Source: Octopus vulgaris (taxonomy: Eukaryota). From it: 64,000 nt of DNA. The stretch lies in the NCBI GenBank assembly GCA_951406725.2, contig OX597819.1, positions 45,570,001-45,634,000 on the forward strand, in the 5' to 3' direction. The notes under the pieces were generated by a model, which saw only the letters and a list, made by a program, of their open reading frames with translations, had not been told where the DNA came from and made no database searches. Below, piece by piece: positions 39,327 to 52,702 of the stretch (its first letter is position 1; every line of letters starts with the position of its first letter). The translations under genes were made by a program, and so were the position numbers.

Positions 39327-39338
39327 TAACATCTATAC

Positions 39339-39390
<52 letters not shown>

Positions 39391-39393
<3 letters not shown>

Positions 39394-40169
39394 CATGTGG
39401 GCACAGGGCGTCATGGAACGTGTACAAAAAAAGAAGTACGAAGCACGAGTACATGGAATATGAACAATTTTTTCGAACAAAAAAAGACACAAATGGAAAA
39501 CAAGGCAAACAACATAAATAACAACCGTTCATCAGTTGTTGGCTGTTTTTCTACTCTCGTATTTCGAGCATTTATCAAGAATATACGCTTTCGATAAAAC
39601 AGTTGCTCCCGGAAAGCAAATTAATTAAATTTTGAAATTTTTGCGGAGGGTTAGAATTGGTAACACAAACAGGACAGTGAAAACAAACAGGAAGGGCTGC
39701 TAAACGTAAACGAGGTAGTGGTGGCGAACGCGTAAATCAAGCTTGGACAGGAGACCGACAAGAACACAACTTTCTCTCCGCTGTAGCTGGAACAAAGACG
39801 ATATGTTCTTGTCTGTCTCATGTCCCAGTTTGATCTGCGCGTTCGCCACCACCACGACGTTTAGGCTTAGCAGTCGCTCTTGTTTATTTTCTCTGTCCTG
39901 TTTGTGTTAGCAAATTTGACCCTACGCAAAAATCCCAAATTGTATTTAATTTGCTTTGTGGGAGCATCTGTTTTATCGAAAGTGTATATTGTTGTTAAAT
40001 GCTCGAAATACGAGAGTAGACAACTGATGAGCGGTCGTTCTTTATGTTGTTTGTTTTGTTTTCCATTTGTGTCTTTTGCTGTTCGAAAAAATAGTTCATA
40101 TCCCATATACTCATACTTCGTATTATTTATTGTTGTACACGTTTCATGACGTCCTGTGCACACATATGC
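39391..40169. mobile_element. ~780-bp fold-back (palindromic) element in (TA)n
   Basis: 39391-39768 aligns colinearly to the reverse complement of 39803-40169, roughly 80% by eye; centre near 39783. Confidence 0.9.
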
Positions 40170-40281
40170 ATATATATATACGTATAGATATAAGTATGTA
40201 CATATACGAATGTATATATGCATATGTGTATATATATTATGTATATTATCATATGATTGAACGCCACTCATCCTCTTCCGA

Positions 40282-40332
<51 letters not shown>

Positions 40333-40809
40333 CATATACATTTATATGGATATAAGCATACATATTCGGAACAACTGAATGGCCGTTGACTTATGAACAT
40401 ACATTTAAAATTCATCGCTTATATATGCACATTAGCATAGCCGACAATAATCGTGCGCGAAAAAAAATTATGCGCCCATACTTTTAAATACCCTTGCAGA
40501 CTAAATTAAACTAAAATCAAATTTGAAATCTCCAAACATGATCTGAACAGATCAGCCTGGGTGAAATAGACAGCAGTCTCTTACATTTTAATACATACAA
40601 GCAAATCTCTGAGTGCATGTGTGTCTGTGTGCTTGGTTCAGGAATGCATTTACGAACCTCCACACGAATTTGTTTTTAAGGTACGTCTACAATCTGCAGA
40701 CGTTACAAAAATGGAGGAAGTCATACTTATCGTGGTATATGTATGCAAATCTATGTTGCGCACAGACACTCTTACTTAGATAAGCATAAATGCATAATGT
40801 ACATTCTAT

Positions 40810-41165
40810 TATTCTTTTAGTCTTATATTTGTTTCAGTCATTTGACTGCGGCCATGCTAGAGCACCGCCTTTTGTCGAACAAATCGTCATCAGGACTTAT
40901 TCTATGTAAGCCTAGTACTTATTCTATCGGTCTCTTTTTTCGTAAACAAACGAAAAGCGGTGGTCAAGCGATGGTGGAGGCACAAACACAGACACACAAA
41001 TACACACACACACACACATATGTTTCCGTCTACTAAATCCATTGACAAGGCTTTGGTCGGCCCGAGGCGATAGTAGAAGATACTTGCCCAAGTTTCCACG
41101 CAACGGGAACGGACCTGGAATCATGTGATTGGTAAACAAGCTACTTACCACACAGCCACTCCTGT
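40810..41165 (-). mobile_element. SINE-A with internal deletions; a further decayed 3' piece at ~41220-41340
   Basis: gtttcagtcatttgactgcggccatgctagagcacc...ggtcggcccgaggcgatagtagaagatacttgccc...ccacacagccact. Confidence 0.88.
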
Positions 41166-41461
41166 GCCCGTATATGTATAACTTTTATATTTTAGTGCGT
41201 ACATACGTTAGACTCTGGCAATGGTTTTAGTCAAACGAATCGATTCCAACACTTATTTTCTTGTACCTATTCTATTGGTCTATTTTATCAAATCGATATG
41301 TAACTGAGATGTAAACATAACAACACCGGAGATGTAAACGCAACAAAACAGTATTCACTTACACAAACACACATACATAGACACACACATACGAATAGTC
41401 GACAAAGGGAATAAAAACGCACTCAGCACATCTAATAAATGTTACACACACACACATATAC

Positions 41462-42100
<639 letters not shown>

Positions 42101-42217
42101 TAATATATATATATAAACACACACACACATATATATATATACACATATATATATGTATGTATATGCATATATATATACATACATATACATACATACATAC
42201 ATATACATACATACATG

Positions 42218-42260
<43 letters not shown>

Positions 42261-42399
42261 TTATTTTGTTATTTTTATATACAATTCTTGCTACACATCT
42301 AGGACGACGAAAATACAAGTAAAAAGAAAAAAAGCTTGATTTATGTAAAGAAAGATTCGGATTGGTCTGTAAGTACTACATATCTCATAAATTTGAATT

Positions 42400-43050
42400 A
42401 TATCTGACTTAGTAACCCGTAATTGGATGCAATATCTCTGAAATACCGCTAAACATGCCGTCCGGCGTGCTAACGATTCTGCCATCTCGCAACCTTCCCT
42501 ATCAGATATAATTCTTTCTACTGGAAGCCCAAGGTTGACCTGGGTTTAAGAAGGGACATCGATAACAACTATTTGAAGCCATTTTCATAATCTATAACCA
42601 ATGTACATTATGTCTTACGAATTATAAACATTAGCCGAAAATCTCCATTTAATACCAAAGGAACTTTGTTGCTCACTGTTGAACATATCTTTATATTTGA
42701 ATGTGAAGCCTCAGCAAAATAGTTTCAACAAAATTGGCGGTTGTTCCTACGTGCAATTCTCGACCCTTCATGATTCCGATGTTTATATAAAGGAAAGGCC
42801 GCCGACTTAAACCGATACAGCTTGGCACCAGATCGTCGCAGGAGTTGCTGCCATGATGCAAAAGTGATGAAAGTGATATCGCATTGTTTCTTGCTCGGAT
42901 CCTCTACAGTTCTGTTAATTCATAGGCCTAGATTTTTATAATTGTTTTTTATTGATACTGAAAGGTTGAAAGCCAAAGCTAACCTCGGCGGGATTTGATC
43001 TCAAATGCTGCATGGTATTCTGTCCAACATTCTAATAACTATACCAGTTC
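42400..43050 (-). mobile_element. Two decayed SINE-B fragments (~42430-42490 head; ~42915-43050)
   Basis: gaaataccgctaaacatgccgtccggcgtgctaacgattctgcca; aaagctaacctcggcgggatttgatctca. Confidence 0.6.
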
Positions 43051-43117
43051 CCCTTTGTTGACCATTAACTACATCGTTAATCATTACTCAATAACGTTTA
43101 TTAATATAGACAATAAC

Positions 43118-43514
43118 AGCTTGCTTACCAACTACATGGCCCCGGGTTCAGTCCCACTGCGTGGCACCTTGGGCAAGTGTCTTCTACTATAGTCTCGGGC
43201 CGACCCAAGGCTTGCGAGTGGATTTGGTAGACAGAGGCTGAAAGAATCACGTCGTATATATGTATATATGTGTGTGTGTATGTGTGTGTGTGTGTGTGTG
43301 TGTGTTTCTGTCTGTCTTTGTTCCCTCCAATATCGCTTGACAACCGATGCTGGTGTGTTTACGTCCCGTAACTTAGCGGTTCGGCAAAAGAGACCGATAG
43401 AATAAGTACTAGGCTTACAAAAAATAAGTCCTGGGGTCGATTTGCTCGACTAAAGGCGATGCTCCAGCATGGCCGCAGTCAAATGACTGAAACAAGTAAT
43501 AGAGTAAAAGAGTA
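43118..43514 (+). mobile_element. SINE-A, slightly 5'-truncated
   Basis: cccgggttcagtcccactgcgtggcaccttgggcaagtg...(TG)n...gatgctccagcatggccgcagtcaaatgactgaaacaagt, tail agagtaa x2. Confidence 0.92.
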
Positions 43515-44443
43515 ACTACATTCATTTATCACATTTACTACCGATTGTGCATCACTCAGCATGAACCCCTGACAACCACCACCACCACCAGCAATCTATA
43601 CCAGCTTACGGTCAACCATTACTATTGTCATCCACCAACACAGAAAACCATCAAAAACACCCCTTCCTTTGCTTGATACCACCTAACTCTTATGGCTTGC
43701 TCACTATAATTCTGATCCACTATTTGTCTGTCTGTGATGCTGACCAAATATCGAAATGGATGTTGGAATCATTGTCAATATGCTGTCTGGTTGTCCAGAC
43801 ATTTTTTAGTAAGTTTAACTATTTATACCTATCTCTGGCCTTGTCTGAATCTCTAAGCTAAGAGTTCGAACACTGGAGTACATTTAAACTCAAGGATAAA
43901 TTTTATTTGCTGTAAGCAGCCCGATGTGCTGCGTCAGGAATAGCTGTTCATTATTATCCTTCGTAGGTCATAAATTTCGGGTTTTTTTCTCTACCAAAAA
44001 CATCAATACAGTTCAGTGGCTTTACTTCCTAACGAGGTGTGTATTTTTTCAAAATACAGTATTTTATATGGCGTGCAATAGACCATAATAGCATTGGTGA
44101 TGGAAAACATACCCAGCTTGAACAACAGTAGTAGATTTGAGTGGGGTGTGTCAACATATTTAATCCTTCGACTCCTGTCCTAGGCTAGCGTATGTGATGT
44201 TATGAGTACTCGTGAAGATCCTGATGTACACACCGTCAAGACGATCTTGAAGTGAATTCATGACAGTATAGGTTTCAAATACATAAAGAAAACTCTCATG
44301 CCATACCCTGAGGAAGGTTAGCGGTATTGTCTTTGAAATGTTTGATTAACAAATACTTTGAGCATTGTTACAGTGTCATTCCAGGTTTCTCTCTTGCGTG
44401 GAACTATACAAAAAAATCTACATACATATATACATTCATACAC

Positions 44444-44534
<91 letters not shown>

Positions 44535-44538
<4 letters not shown>

Positions 44539-44865
44539 AAATGCATAGGCATAAATTCTGTACTTTGAATAACCAAGTTTAAATACTCACTCATAAGGTA
44601 TTGAAATCTTACATATATACCATTCTGCCTAAAAAATGGATCTACAAATTCAATATCCCTATATATCTCACATCTATTTTCTTTCCTCCATCTCACTCTT
44701 TATTTTGTATCCTATCAAAATTAACTATTACTTAACCATCCTCTCACACCGTCTCCGATGAAGGGATGTAATTAATAAATATCCTGGAAACAGCTGTAAG
44801 ACCAATCTATAAATGTTCTAATATCTACACAGCCTTGGTTCTTTATCTCATTACACAAAAAAGTA
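44535..44865 (+). mobile_element. Penelope-like element 3' end following (TA)n
   Basis: Contains the hammerhead at 44751-44802. The first ~45 nt (aaatgcataggcataaattctgtactttgaataac) loosely resemble the KCRHxxKF end of Penelope ORFs (weak). Confidence 0.55.
44751..44802 (+). ncRNA. Minimal type-I hammerhead ribozyme motif (U4C core variant)
   Basis: GUCU-CCGAUGA-A-GGGAUGU(aauuaauaa)AUAUCCU-G-GAAA-CAGCUG-UA|AGAC: helix I GUCU/AGAC, 7-bp helix II, palindromic CAGCUG helix III, GUA cleavage triplet at 44796-44798. Confidence 0.75.
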
Positions 44866-45206
44866 TTTTATAGGCATATTTATACACACACATATATGCT
44901 TGTGTGTGTGTGTGGCATTTTCAAATGTACTCGACCACGAAGAAAACAGGTGTCACTTTGCATTGGAGTCGAACCAGTAAACTATAGTTTAACTTGGCGA
45001 CCGATTACACTGGATGGACCTTGCCAAACCTTACACTTACATCTTAATGACTACATATGAAATTTCAAGGTGTATTGGGTACGAAAATACACACACGCAT
45101 ACATACATACATACATACATACATACATACATACATACATACATACATACATACATACACACATACATACATACATACATATGCACGAACGTACGTACGT
45201 ACATAA

Positions 45207-45250
<44 letters not shown>

Positions 45251-45699
45251 AAATATTTATATATGCATGTGTGTCTCAGGTGGACTATATATATTTTGTC
45301 TGTATGCTTATGTGTCTGCCCTTTATCGCTTTCTCTTTTTGTTTCGCAGTTTTATATCATCCGTCCTCCATCTTCTTCGAACTAACTGCTACATCGCGCA
45401 CTTTATACCATTACGTTATATGCTTATATTTCGATGTTTTTCCCGTATCCTCTCTGTTACTGGCTCTCTTTATTCCTGCTTCCTATCTCACCCTGTATCA
45501 CCCCATTCTCTCATCTGTTTCTGTTATGTGTTCGTAAACAAAACTGGTCTTTTATCTGATCTGATGCCAACATTGCAATATTCGTTTAAGAAATTTAAGC
45601 ACAAAAACCAGGATGGAAAAAAATGAAACATATTCCTGTATTCCACGATACAGGTGTGTGAGTATGTGCTTCTTTGTGAGTTTCTTTGTGAGTGTGCGA

Positions 45700-45960
45700 C
45701 TGTTTCTGTGTGTGTGAGTGTTTGAGTGTGCTTCGATGTTTGTGTGTATCTGTGTGAGTGTCTGTTTCTGTGTGTGTGAGTGTTTGAGTGTACTTCGACG
45801 TTTGTGTGTATCTGTGTGAGTGTATGTGTGTGTGTGTGAGTGTTTGAGTGTACTTCGATGTTTGTGTGTATCTGTGCGAGTGTATGTGTGTGTGTGTGAG
45901 TGTTTGAGTGTACTTCGAGGTTTGTGTGTATCTGTGTGAGTGTATGTGTGTGTGTGTGAG
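45700..45960. repeat. Minisatellite with a 60-62 bp unit, ~4 copies, built on (TG)n
   Basis: tgtttgagtgtacttcgaNgtttgtgtgtatctgtg.gagtgtatgtgtgtgtgtgtgag in register at 45781, 45841 and 45901, with a variant at 45719. Confidence 0.9.
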
Positions 45961-46687
45961 AGAAAGAGAGAGAGAGAGAGGGATAGAGAGATAGTGTGTT
46001 TGAGTGTGTGTGTGTGTATGAGAGAGAGAGAGAGAGTATGTTCGAGTATGAGTGCGTGTGTGTGTGTGTGTGTTTGAGTGTGCGCGTGTGAGTGAGTGCC
46101 TGAGTGAGTGTGCATTTGTATGAGCGTGTTTGCGTATATACACACTTGAGTATATTTATGAATGAGTGTCTGAGTGTGTGTGCGTGTGTGTGAGTGTGAG
46201 TCTACACTTTAGTGTTTCTGCGTGTGTGTGTAGTGTATGAGTGAGTTTTTGCATGTGTCTGTGTGTGAGCATGTATGTGTGTGTATGTGTATAAGTTAGC
46301 ATCTGAGTGTGTGTAAGAATACTTTTAAATGTTTGTTGGTATGATAGTGTTTGTGTATATACGTACCTGAATGCGTGTATATGTGAGTTTATGTTTATGT
46401 ATGTGTGTGTTTGTGTGCGCACGGGTGCATATGTGCATTGAAATTTACGCTTGCAAGTGCGTATACTTATACATCTGTTTGTGTGCATATCTCGTCTCAT
46501 GCAGCATGTGATTGTGAGTGTGTGTATGCATGTGTGTGTGTATGTGTATATCATCAATTGCATATATGTGTGCGTGTGTGTGAGTGTGTATATATGACTG
46601 TGTGCGCGCGTGAAATTTGCATTCATGTAGATGTGTAAGTGATTGCATATCTGCATTTTTGTGTATACGAGCTAGAGTGTATATGAA

Positions 46688-46728
<41 letters not shown>

Positions 46729-46847
46729 ATACGATGCATGCACACCTGGGAGTGTCTGTACCAGAATGTGAATGTGTTATGTATGCGAGCGTAGACACAC
46801 CTGCATATCAGAGAGCGTTTTCGTTTGTAGAAGATAATACACTAAAA

Positions 46848-47328
<481 letters not shown>

Positions 47329-47680
47329 TCAAACAAAGAATTGATTCAGTTATCGATGAGGTCAGCCGATGAACCTCCGCCATTCGCAAGTGAAGTGGCG
47401 GCTGGAGCTGAAATAAATGAGAAAACACTAAACAAATACACTAAGGTTACAGAAACGATTTAAAACCCGGGTCAAACTGTGAAAAATAACTCAATAGCAC
47501 TAACAACAACAACATCTGCAATGAAAAAGAAAAAAAAAAGAACTACAACAATGAAAGTACCACCACTACCATCACCACCACCATCAACAACAACAGCAGC
47601 AGCGGCGGCAACGACGGCAACGTCTGACACAGACATACGCAGTCATGGCTTGCAAAATCAACAATATTAACTATAGCAAC

Positions 47681-47711
<31 letters not shown>

Positions 47712-48056
47712 TCATCATCGTCATCGTCATCATCACCAACAACAACTTCAGCAGCAGTAGCAGCAGCAGCAGCATCTTTCATTCTCTTTCTACTGCTATG
47801 AAGCAACGACAGCCATTCGCTTTGGTCGCTTGACCTACTAGAAATAGCAGTCCAAATGTCTTGTTAAATTTTCGACCTTATTGTCTTCAAATGAAATTCC
47901 AAGAGCAAGTTTGAACAATGCATTTATAGACATATAAAAATAGACGGTGTGGTCATGGGAGGAACGCGTTTCACCTTTGACTTTGCTTGATCACGGTTCA
48001 ACTGCGAAAAACTACAACTACAGCTGCTACTGTAGTTACTATTACTACTACTACTG

Positions 48057-48201
<145 letters not shown>

Positions 48202-48220
48202 CACCACCACTACCACCGCC

Positions 48221-48682
48221 ATCGAAAATGATAATGCAAAAATTCTGTGTGATTTTATGATTCAGTGCGGCCATGAGATAGAAAATAGGAAGCCAGACAT
48301 AGTCTTAATTGAGAAAGTAAGTAAACTATGCTGGATCATAGATATAGCATGCCCAGCTGACAAGGTATACGATAAGGAAGAAAGAAAAGTCGAGAGATAT
48401 GACAAGGTTAGCTTGGGAAGTTAAGCAGTTGTGGTCGATGGAAAAAGGTGGTAGTGGTACCAATAATTGTCGGAACCCTGGGAACAGTCAGTAAAAATCT
48501 TGAGAATTACATGGAACAAATAAGGAAGGCAATAAGGGTGGGGCACTTGCAAAAAACAGCACTGCTTGGAGCCGCTCGAATACTCCGGAAGGGACTCGAA
48601 AATAAGGGGTGTTACCTTAGTTCACTGGTAGTGAACGGCTGACACCGTAATACATCTCCAGTGTTAGAAGTTGTACAAAGGC
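48221..48682 (+). mobile_element. R4/Dong-type non-LTR retrotransposon 3' end, family 3
   Basis: IENDNAKILCDFMIQCGHEIENRKPDIVLIEK...IIDIACP...KVERYDK/LAWEVKQLW...VPIIVGTLG...LQKTALLGAARILRK. The 3' end abuts (AAT)n at 48683; the 5' end abuts (TAC)n(CAC)n. Confidence 0.9.
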
Positions 48683-48691
48683 AATAATAAC

Positions 48692-48758
<67 letters not shown>

Positions 48759-49134
48759 TGCTTTCTAATTGATGTATCAATACCGGCAGATGACAACGTG
48801 TCTCTAAAAGAAATGGAGAAACTCTCAAAATACAAAGACCTGGAAATAGAGGTAACTAGAATGTGGAATCTGAAAACAGAAGCAATTCCTATCATAGTAG
48901 GTGCATTAGGCATGATAAAAAAATATTCCGACAAATACATAACAAAAACACCAGGACTTACAAACACATATAACATACAGAAAATTGCACTACTAGGCAC
49001 TGCACACATCCTACGCAGAACACTTTCCATACAATAACCATCAGAGCATCACAACAAATCACAGCACATACCCAAGGCACACAGAGCTGCGCTCGGTAGT
49101 GAAGTGAAAGCACGCTATAAAAATAAAACTACTG
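48759..49134 (+). mobile_element. R4/Dong-type non-LTR retrotransposon 3' end, family 4 (open frame)
   Basis: CFLIDVSIPADDNVSLKEMEKLSKYKDLEIEVTRMWNLKTEAIPIIVGALG...IQKIALLGTAHILRRTLSIQ*, ~100-nt 3' UTR, (AAT)n on both sides. Confidence 0.92.
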
Positions 49135-49144
49135 AATAATAATA

Positions 49145-49216
<72 letters not shown>

Positions 49217-49519
49217 CTTAATATATAGAGAAAAATTTATTTACAAAATAAATTTGTATTGAATACTTTCATGTTTTTTGTACCACAAAATAAATAATGG
49301 GAATCGTGTGTTTACAGTTCTTTTAAAGATGATTGTCTTCTGCCTGTGTAAATTTGTTCTGAAGTGGCCTTGTATATACATGGTTCTTGATACCTAAGAT
49401 CGGGAATGAATTAAGCACGGTATCATGTGTAAAAGAAATACCTCTTTGGGAGTGATTGCATGGAAATTGCTGATTTAGAAGAGACACTTGGGCGACCTGA
49501 GTGTCGATATATTGTGGAG

Positions 49520-50030
49520 AACCAAGAAAAACGCTGTGAATGTACGATCTGGTCGGAAGCCATTGATCCAAGATACAAAAATTGGTTGGAGCCCATGGAC
49601 AGGCAGTTTAACTGAGGGATTGATATGCCAGACATGGTTGAATGGTTTGCTGTTGCCGAGTGTAAAATTATCGTAATCACCATATTTCTTAAGGAGAAAC
49701 CACTTCTGAGATGCCGCTCAAAGATCTGTTTTTATGGAAACCGTAACTACAGGGCACTAAGAAATGTGAGGTGCAGACAAAGAGACAGAACGATGAAGGA
49801 AACGATCCAAGATGCTGGAGAAACGGGTTGTTTATGATTGTCTCCATCGCCTTGAGATTTTAGAAATGACAATGATAGGTCAATAGTTAAGAGAAACGAT
49901 AAGTAATGTAGTTTGTTTCCAAAGTTCGCAATATATCCCTGGCGCCCGCGTCAGGTTTGATGGTTTAGTTGGTTTGAAGGAACGGAGGTTCTTTATAGCT
50001 GGGACATAGATAGCTACAATCAACGATTTC
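49520..50030 (-). pseudogene. Highly decayed CR1/Jockey-group LINE RT fragment
   Basis: Manual translation in order: NY*PIIVISKIS / AMETIINNPFLQHL / SYGFHKNRS / TLGNSKPFNHVWH..SVKLPVHGLQPIFVSWINGFRPDRTF. This parallels NYRPI...QYGFR...LDISKAFDRVWH...LISWI..FL.DR. Confidence 0.65.
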
Positions 50031-50106
50031 AGTAAGATAAATAGAAAAGTAAAAATGAAGAAATTATAAAATAGCTTTTACACTGGGAATGAAAATTCCA
50101 TACAGG

Positions 50107-50442
50107 TGTAAGCGTGGCTGTGTGGTAAGTAGCTTGCTTACGAACCACATGGTTCTGGGTTCAGCACCACTGCGTGGCACCTTGGGCAAGTATCTTCTAC
50201 TATAGCCTTGGGCCGACCAAAGCCTTGTGAGTGGATTTGGTAGACGGAAACTGAAAGAAGCCTGACTTATATATATATATATATGTGTGTGTGTGTATGT
50301 GTGTGTGTGTGTGGTGTGTGTGTGCCTGTGTGTGAATATGTTTGTGCAACTGTGTTTGTCCCCCCAACATCGCTTGACAACCGATCTTGGTGAGTTTACG
50401 TCCCCGTAACTTAGCAGTTCGGCAAAAAAGAACGATAGAATA
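50107..50442 (+). mobile_element. SINE-A, 3'-truncated
   Basis: gcgtggctgtgtggtaagtagcttgctta...gggttcagcacc...(TA)n(TG)n...catcgcttgacaaccgat. Confidence 0.9.
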
Positions 50443-52173
50443 AAGAAAGAGTATTCTTATTATAGAATTATAGAATATTGTAGAAAATCCAAACATAATA
50501 TTTAATAATTATGGCCTCCCCTTGAATAGGACTAGGTCCATGCCGTCCTATTTGTCGCTCGTCTTCTTATAATTCCTGCTGTAGTCAACACTTTAGGCTT
50601 TGCGCTAATCACTACGTCCAGTGTTTTATTATTGAACGTTATCCTCCTAGAAGCGTCTCTTTGCTTGTATCATTCCCGCTGTTACCGAATAAGAAATGTT
50701 CCAGGGAGACATTAACGGCATCGATTTCACCGGTTCAGGAGGGACCGTGAGCACTCCATCTTTCTCAAGACCCATCAATTAAAGTGAAGTTCAGTATAAA
50801 GAAAATTAAATATCAAAGAATGAAAGTCTTCTGCGTCCGTTCCCAGACAGCATGCTGCAAGACATGCAGCGTAGGTTTGCTGATGGTTTATAGAAAATAT
50901 AATTAGAAGCATCAGAAAATCCGTTGTAATTTTTTAATATCTTAAAAATCCTGTCATAATTATTTATAGACATCTGTGAGTCTTAAAATCAAACAAATGA
51001 TAGTTTTTCTATATTTTCTGTATTTTCAACTTTAAATACCGTTTATTTTTAAGTATGCCAGTGATGTTGGTTTCGTTTTTAGTCTCCAATGCGCTACAAA
51101 GTAAAACGGTAAATGAATAAATAGAATCCGAAAAAACACTGCTTTACTGACAGCTTTAAAAAACAAAACACAAACGACTTGAACAACCTCTTACAAATCA
51201 ACAATTAGTATAATGATAGTCAGATTGTCTAGTAATCTCAAAATGCAAATATTAATCAACAGGCATGCTAGATGTAGCTGTGGCACATGAGCGTTATATA
51301 TTATATGTAAGCAATGCTGGATTGAAAGTTCGCATGACTGTCTGGTTAGAAACTAGTCTACATCACTTTCGAGTTGTTTGAGTCTCTATTATACAACTCA
51401 GCCCACTGAAGTCGCGTATTGCAGTTAATTATGTAGAACAGGGTCGTTACCGCGCCGGAAAAGTAAAGTGCTTTGCGGCATTTCTTCTGTGTCTCTTTTC
51501 GTAATGAATTTAAATGCTGCCGATATCAACTTTACTAGTAAGAGAACCAATTTCCAATTCCTAATATCCATCTGAAAGAAGGATGGCCGCATTGGGTAAT
51601 GGTCTAATTGTAGATATATATTAATCTGAAAATAAGACGGCGGAATGATTGCAACTTGAAGACCTTCAATCAAAGGCTCCCTTAGGGGGCAGAGAAGAAT
51701 AACAACAGCAACAGAGATTATTTATATTAGAAGGGAGCGCAAATATAAAGAGATTTTAATTTCAACTCACGGTCTCAGATCAAATCACTTGCTTCGTAAG
51801 TACCACACGATCATAATAAAGTAAATATATAATACGAAGCTAAGACACAAAGCCATAGTGAACGAAATACAATAGTGCATTAGCAAGAGATAGAAAGGTG
51901 ACTCAAATAATCGCACAGCTTGAACGCTGCCTCGAATTTCTTTGCCACATTTATTGAGAACATATATATATATATATATACATGTCCAGCATAATTCTTT
52001 CAGTGTGGACTAAATGATCCGCATATCAGAAATTTGTAAATGCATCATTTCATTTCCGCAGTTCATTTTTGTAGCGACGTGATCATAATAGCTTTTCATT
52101 CTCACATCCACTAAGAAAGAAAAATAAAAGGGCGATAATTCATACTCCGCATTTCTATTAATTCGAGATTATA

Positions 52174-52403
52174 TATTTCTTTACTACCCATAAGGGGCTA
52201 AACATAGAGGGGACAAACAAAGACAGACAAAGGGATTAAGTCTATTACATCGACCCCAGTGCGAAACTGGTACTTAATTTATCGACCCCGAAAGGATGAA
52301 AGGCAAAGTCGACCTCCGCGGAATTTGAACTCAGAATGTAACGACAGACGAAATACGGCTACGCATTTCGCCCTGCATGCTAACGTTTCTGCCAGCTCGC
52401 CGA
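52174..52403 (-). mobile_element. SINE-B monomer with a tail-1 end
   Basis: Reverse complement matches the first unit of 34099-34330. Confidence 0.9.
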
Positions 52404-52464
52404 CATTATGACTATATTCCAGACAATTACATGGCGTTAATAGAAAGCAATAGTATACTACAGT

Positions 52465-52702
52465 GGAGACGCGTGGCTTACTGGTTAGGGAGTTTGATTC
52501 ATGACCGTAAGATTGTGGTTCCGATCCTTGAGCCAGGCGATCCGTGGTGGTCTTGAGCAAAGCACTTCATTTCACGTTGTTCCAGCTCACTTAGCTGTAG
52601 AAATGAGTTTAGTCAGGAGAGGGATGGATTCCGCCAGCATTTCTCAGCCTAGATACACTGCATGGCTGCAGCGGCCCAACGACACCCAAAGAGTTAAGGA
52701 AC
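52465..52702 (+). mobile_element. SINE-D-headed element
   Basis: ggagacgcgtggcttactggttaggg...gtcttgagcaaagcacttcatttcacgttg.tccagctcact. Confidence 0.7.

Noticed and set aside
40000-40035. Type-II hammerhead in the fold-back arm (gctcGAAA...CTGATGAgc)
   Set aside because: Helix II pairs out of register with the core, there is no U-H cleavage site after helix III, and there is no helix I.
44308-44345. CTGAGGA...GAAA hammerhead-like words
   Set aside because: Helix I does not close and helix II is marginal; at best a decayed relic.
49459-49837. Long + strand frame with a single TGA (possible readthrough or selenocysteine)
   Set aside because: The opposite strand carries ordered LINE RT motifs, so the openness is an antisense shadow; no SECIS was seen.
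50705-50746. Possible 42-nt exon on the + strand (GDINGIDFTGSGGT)
   Set aside because: Poor acceptor context and no recognisable homology.
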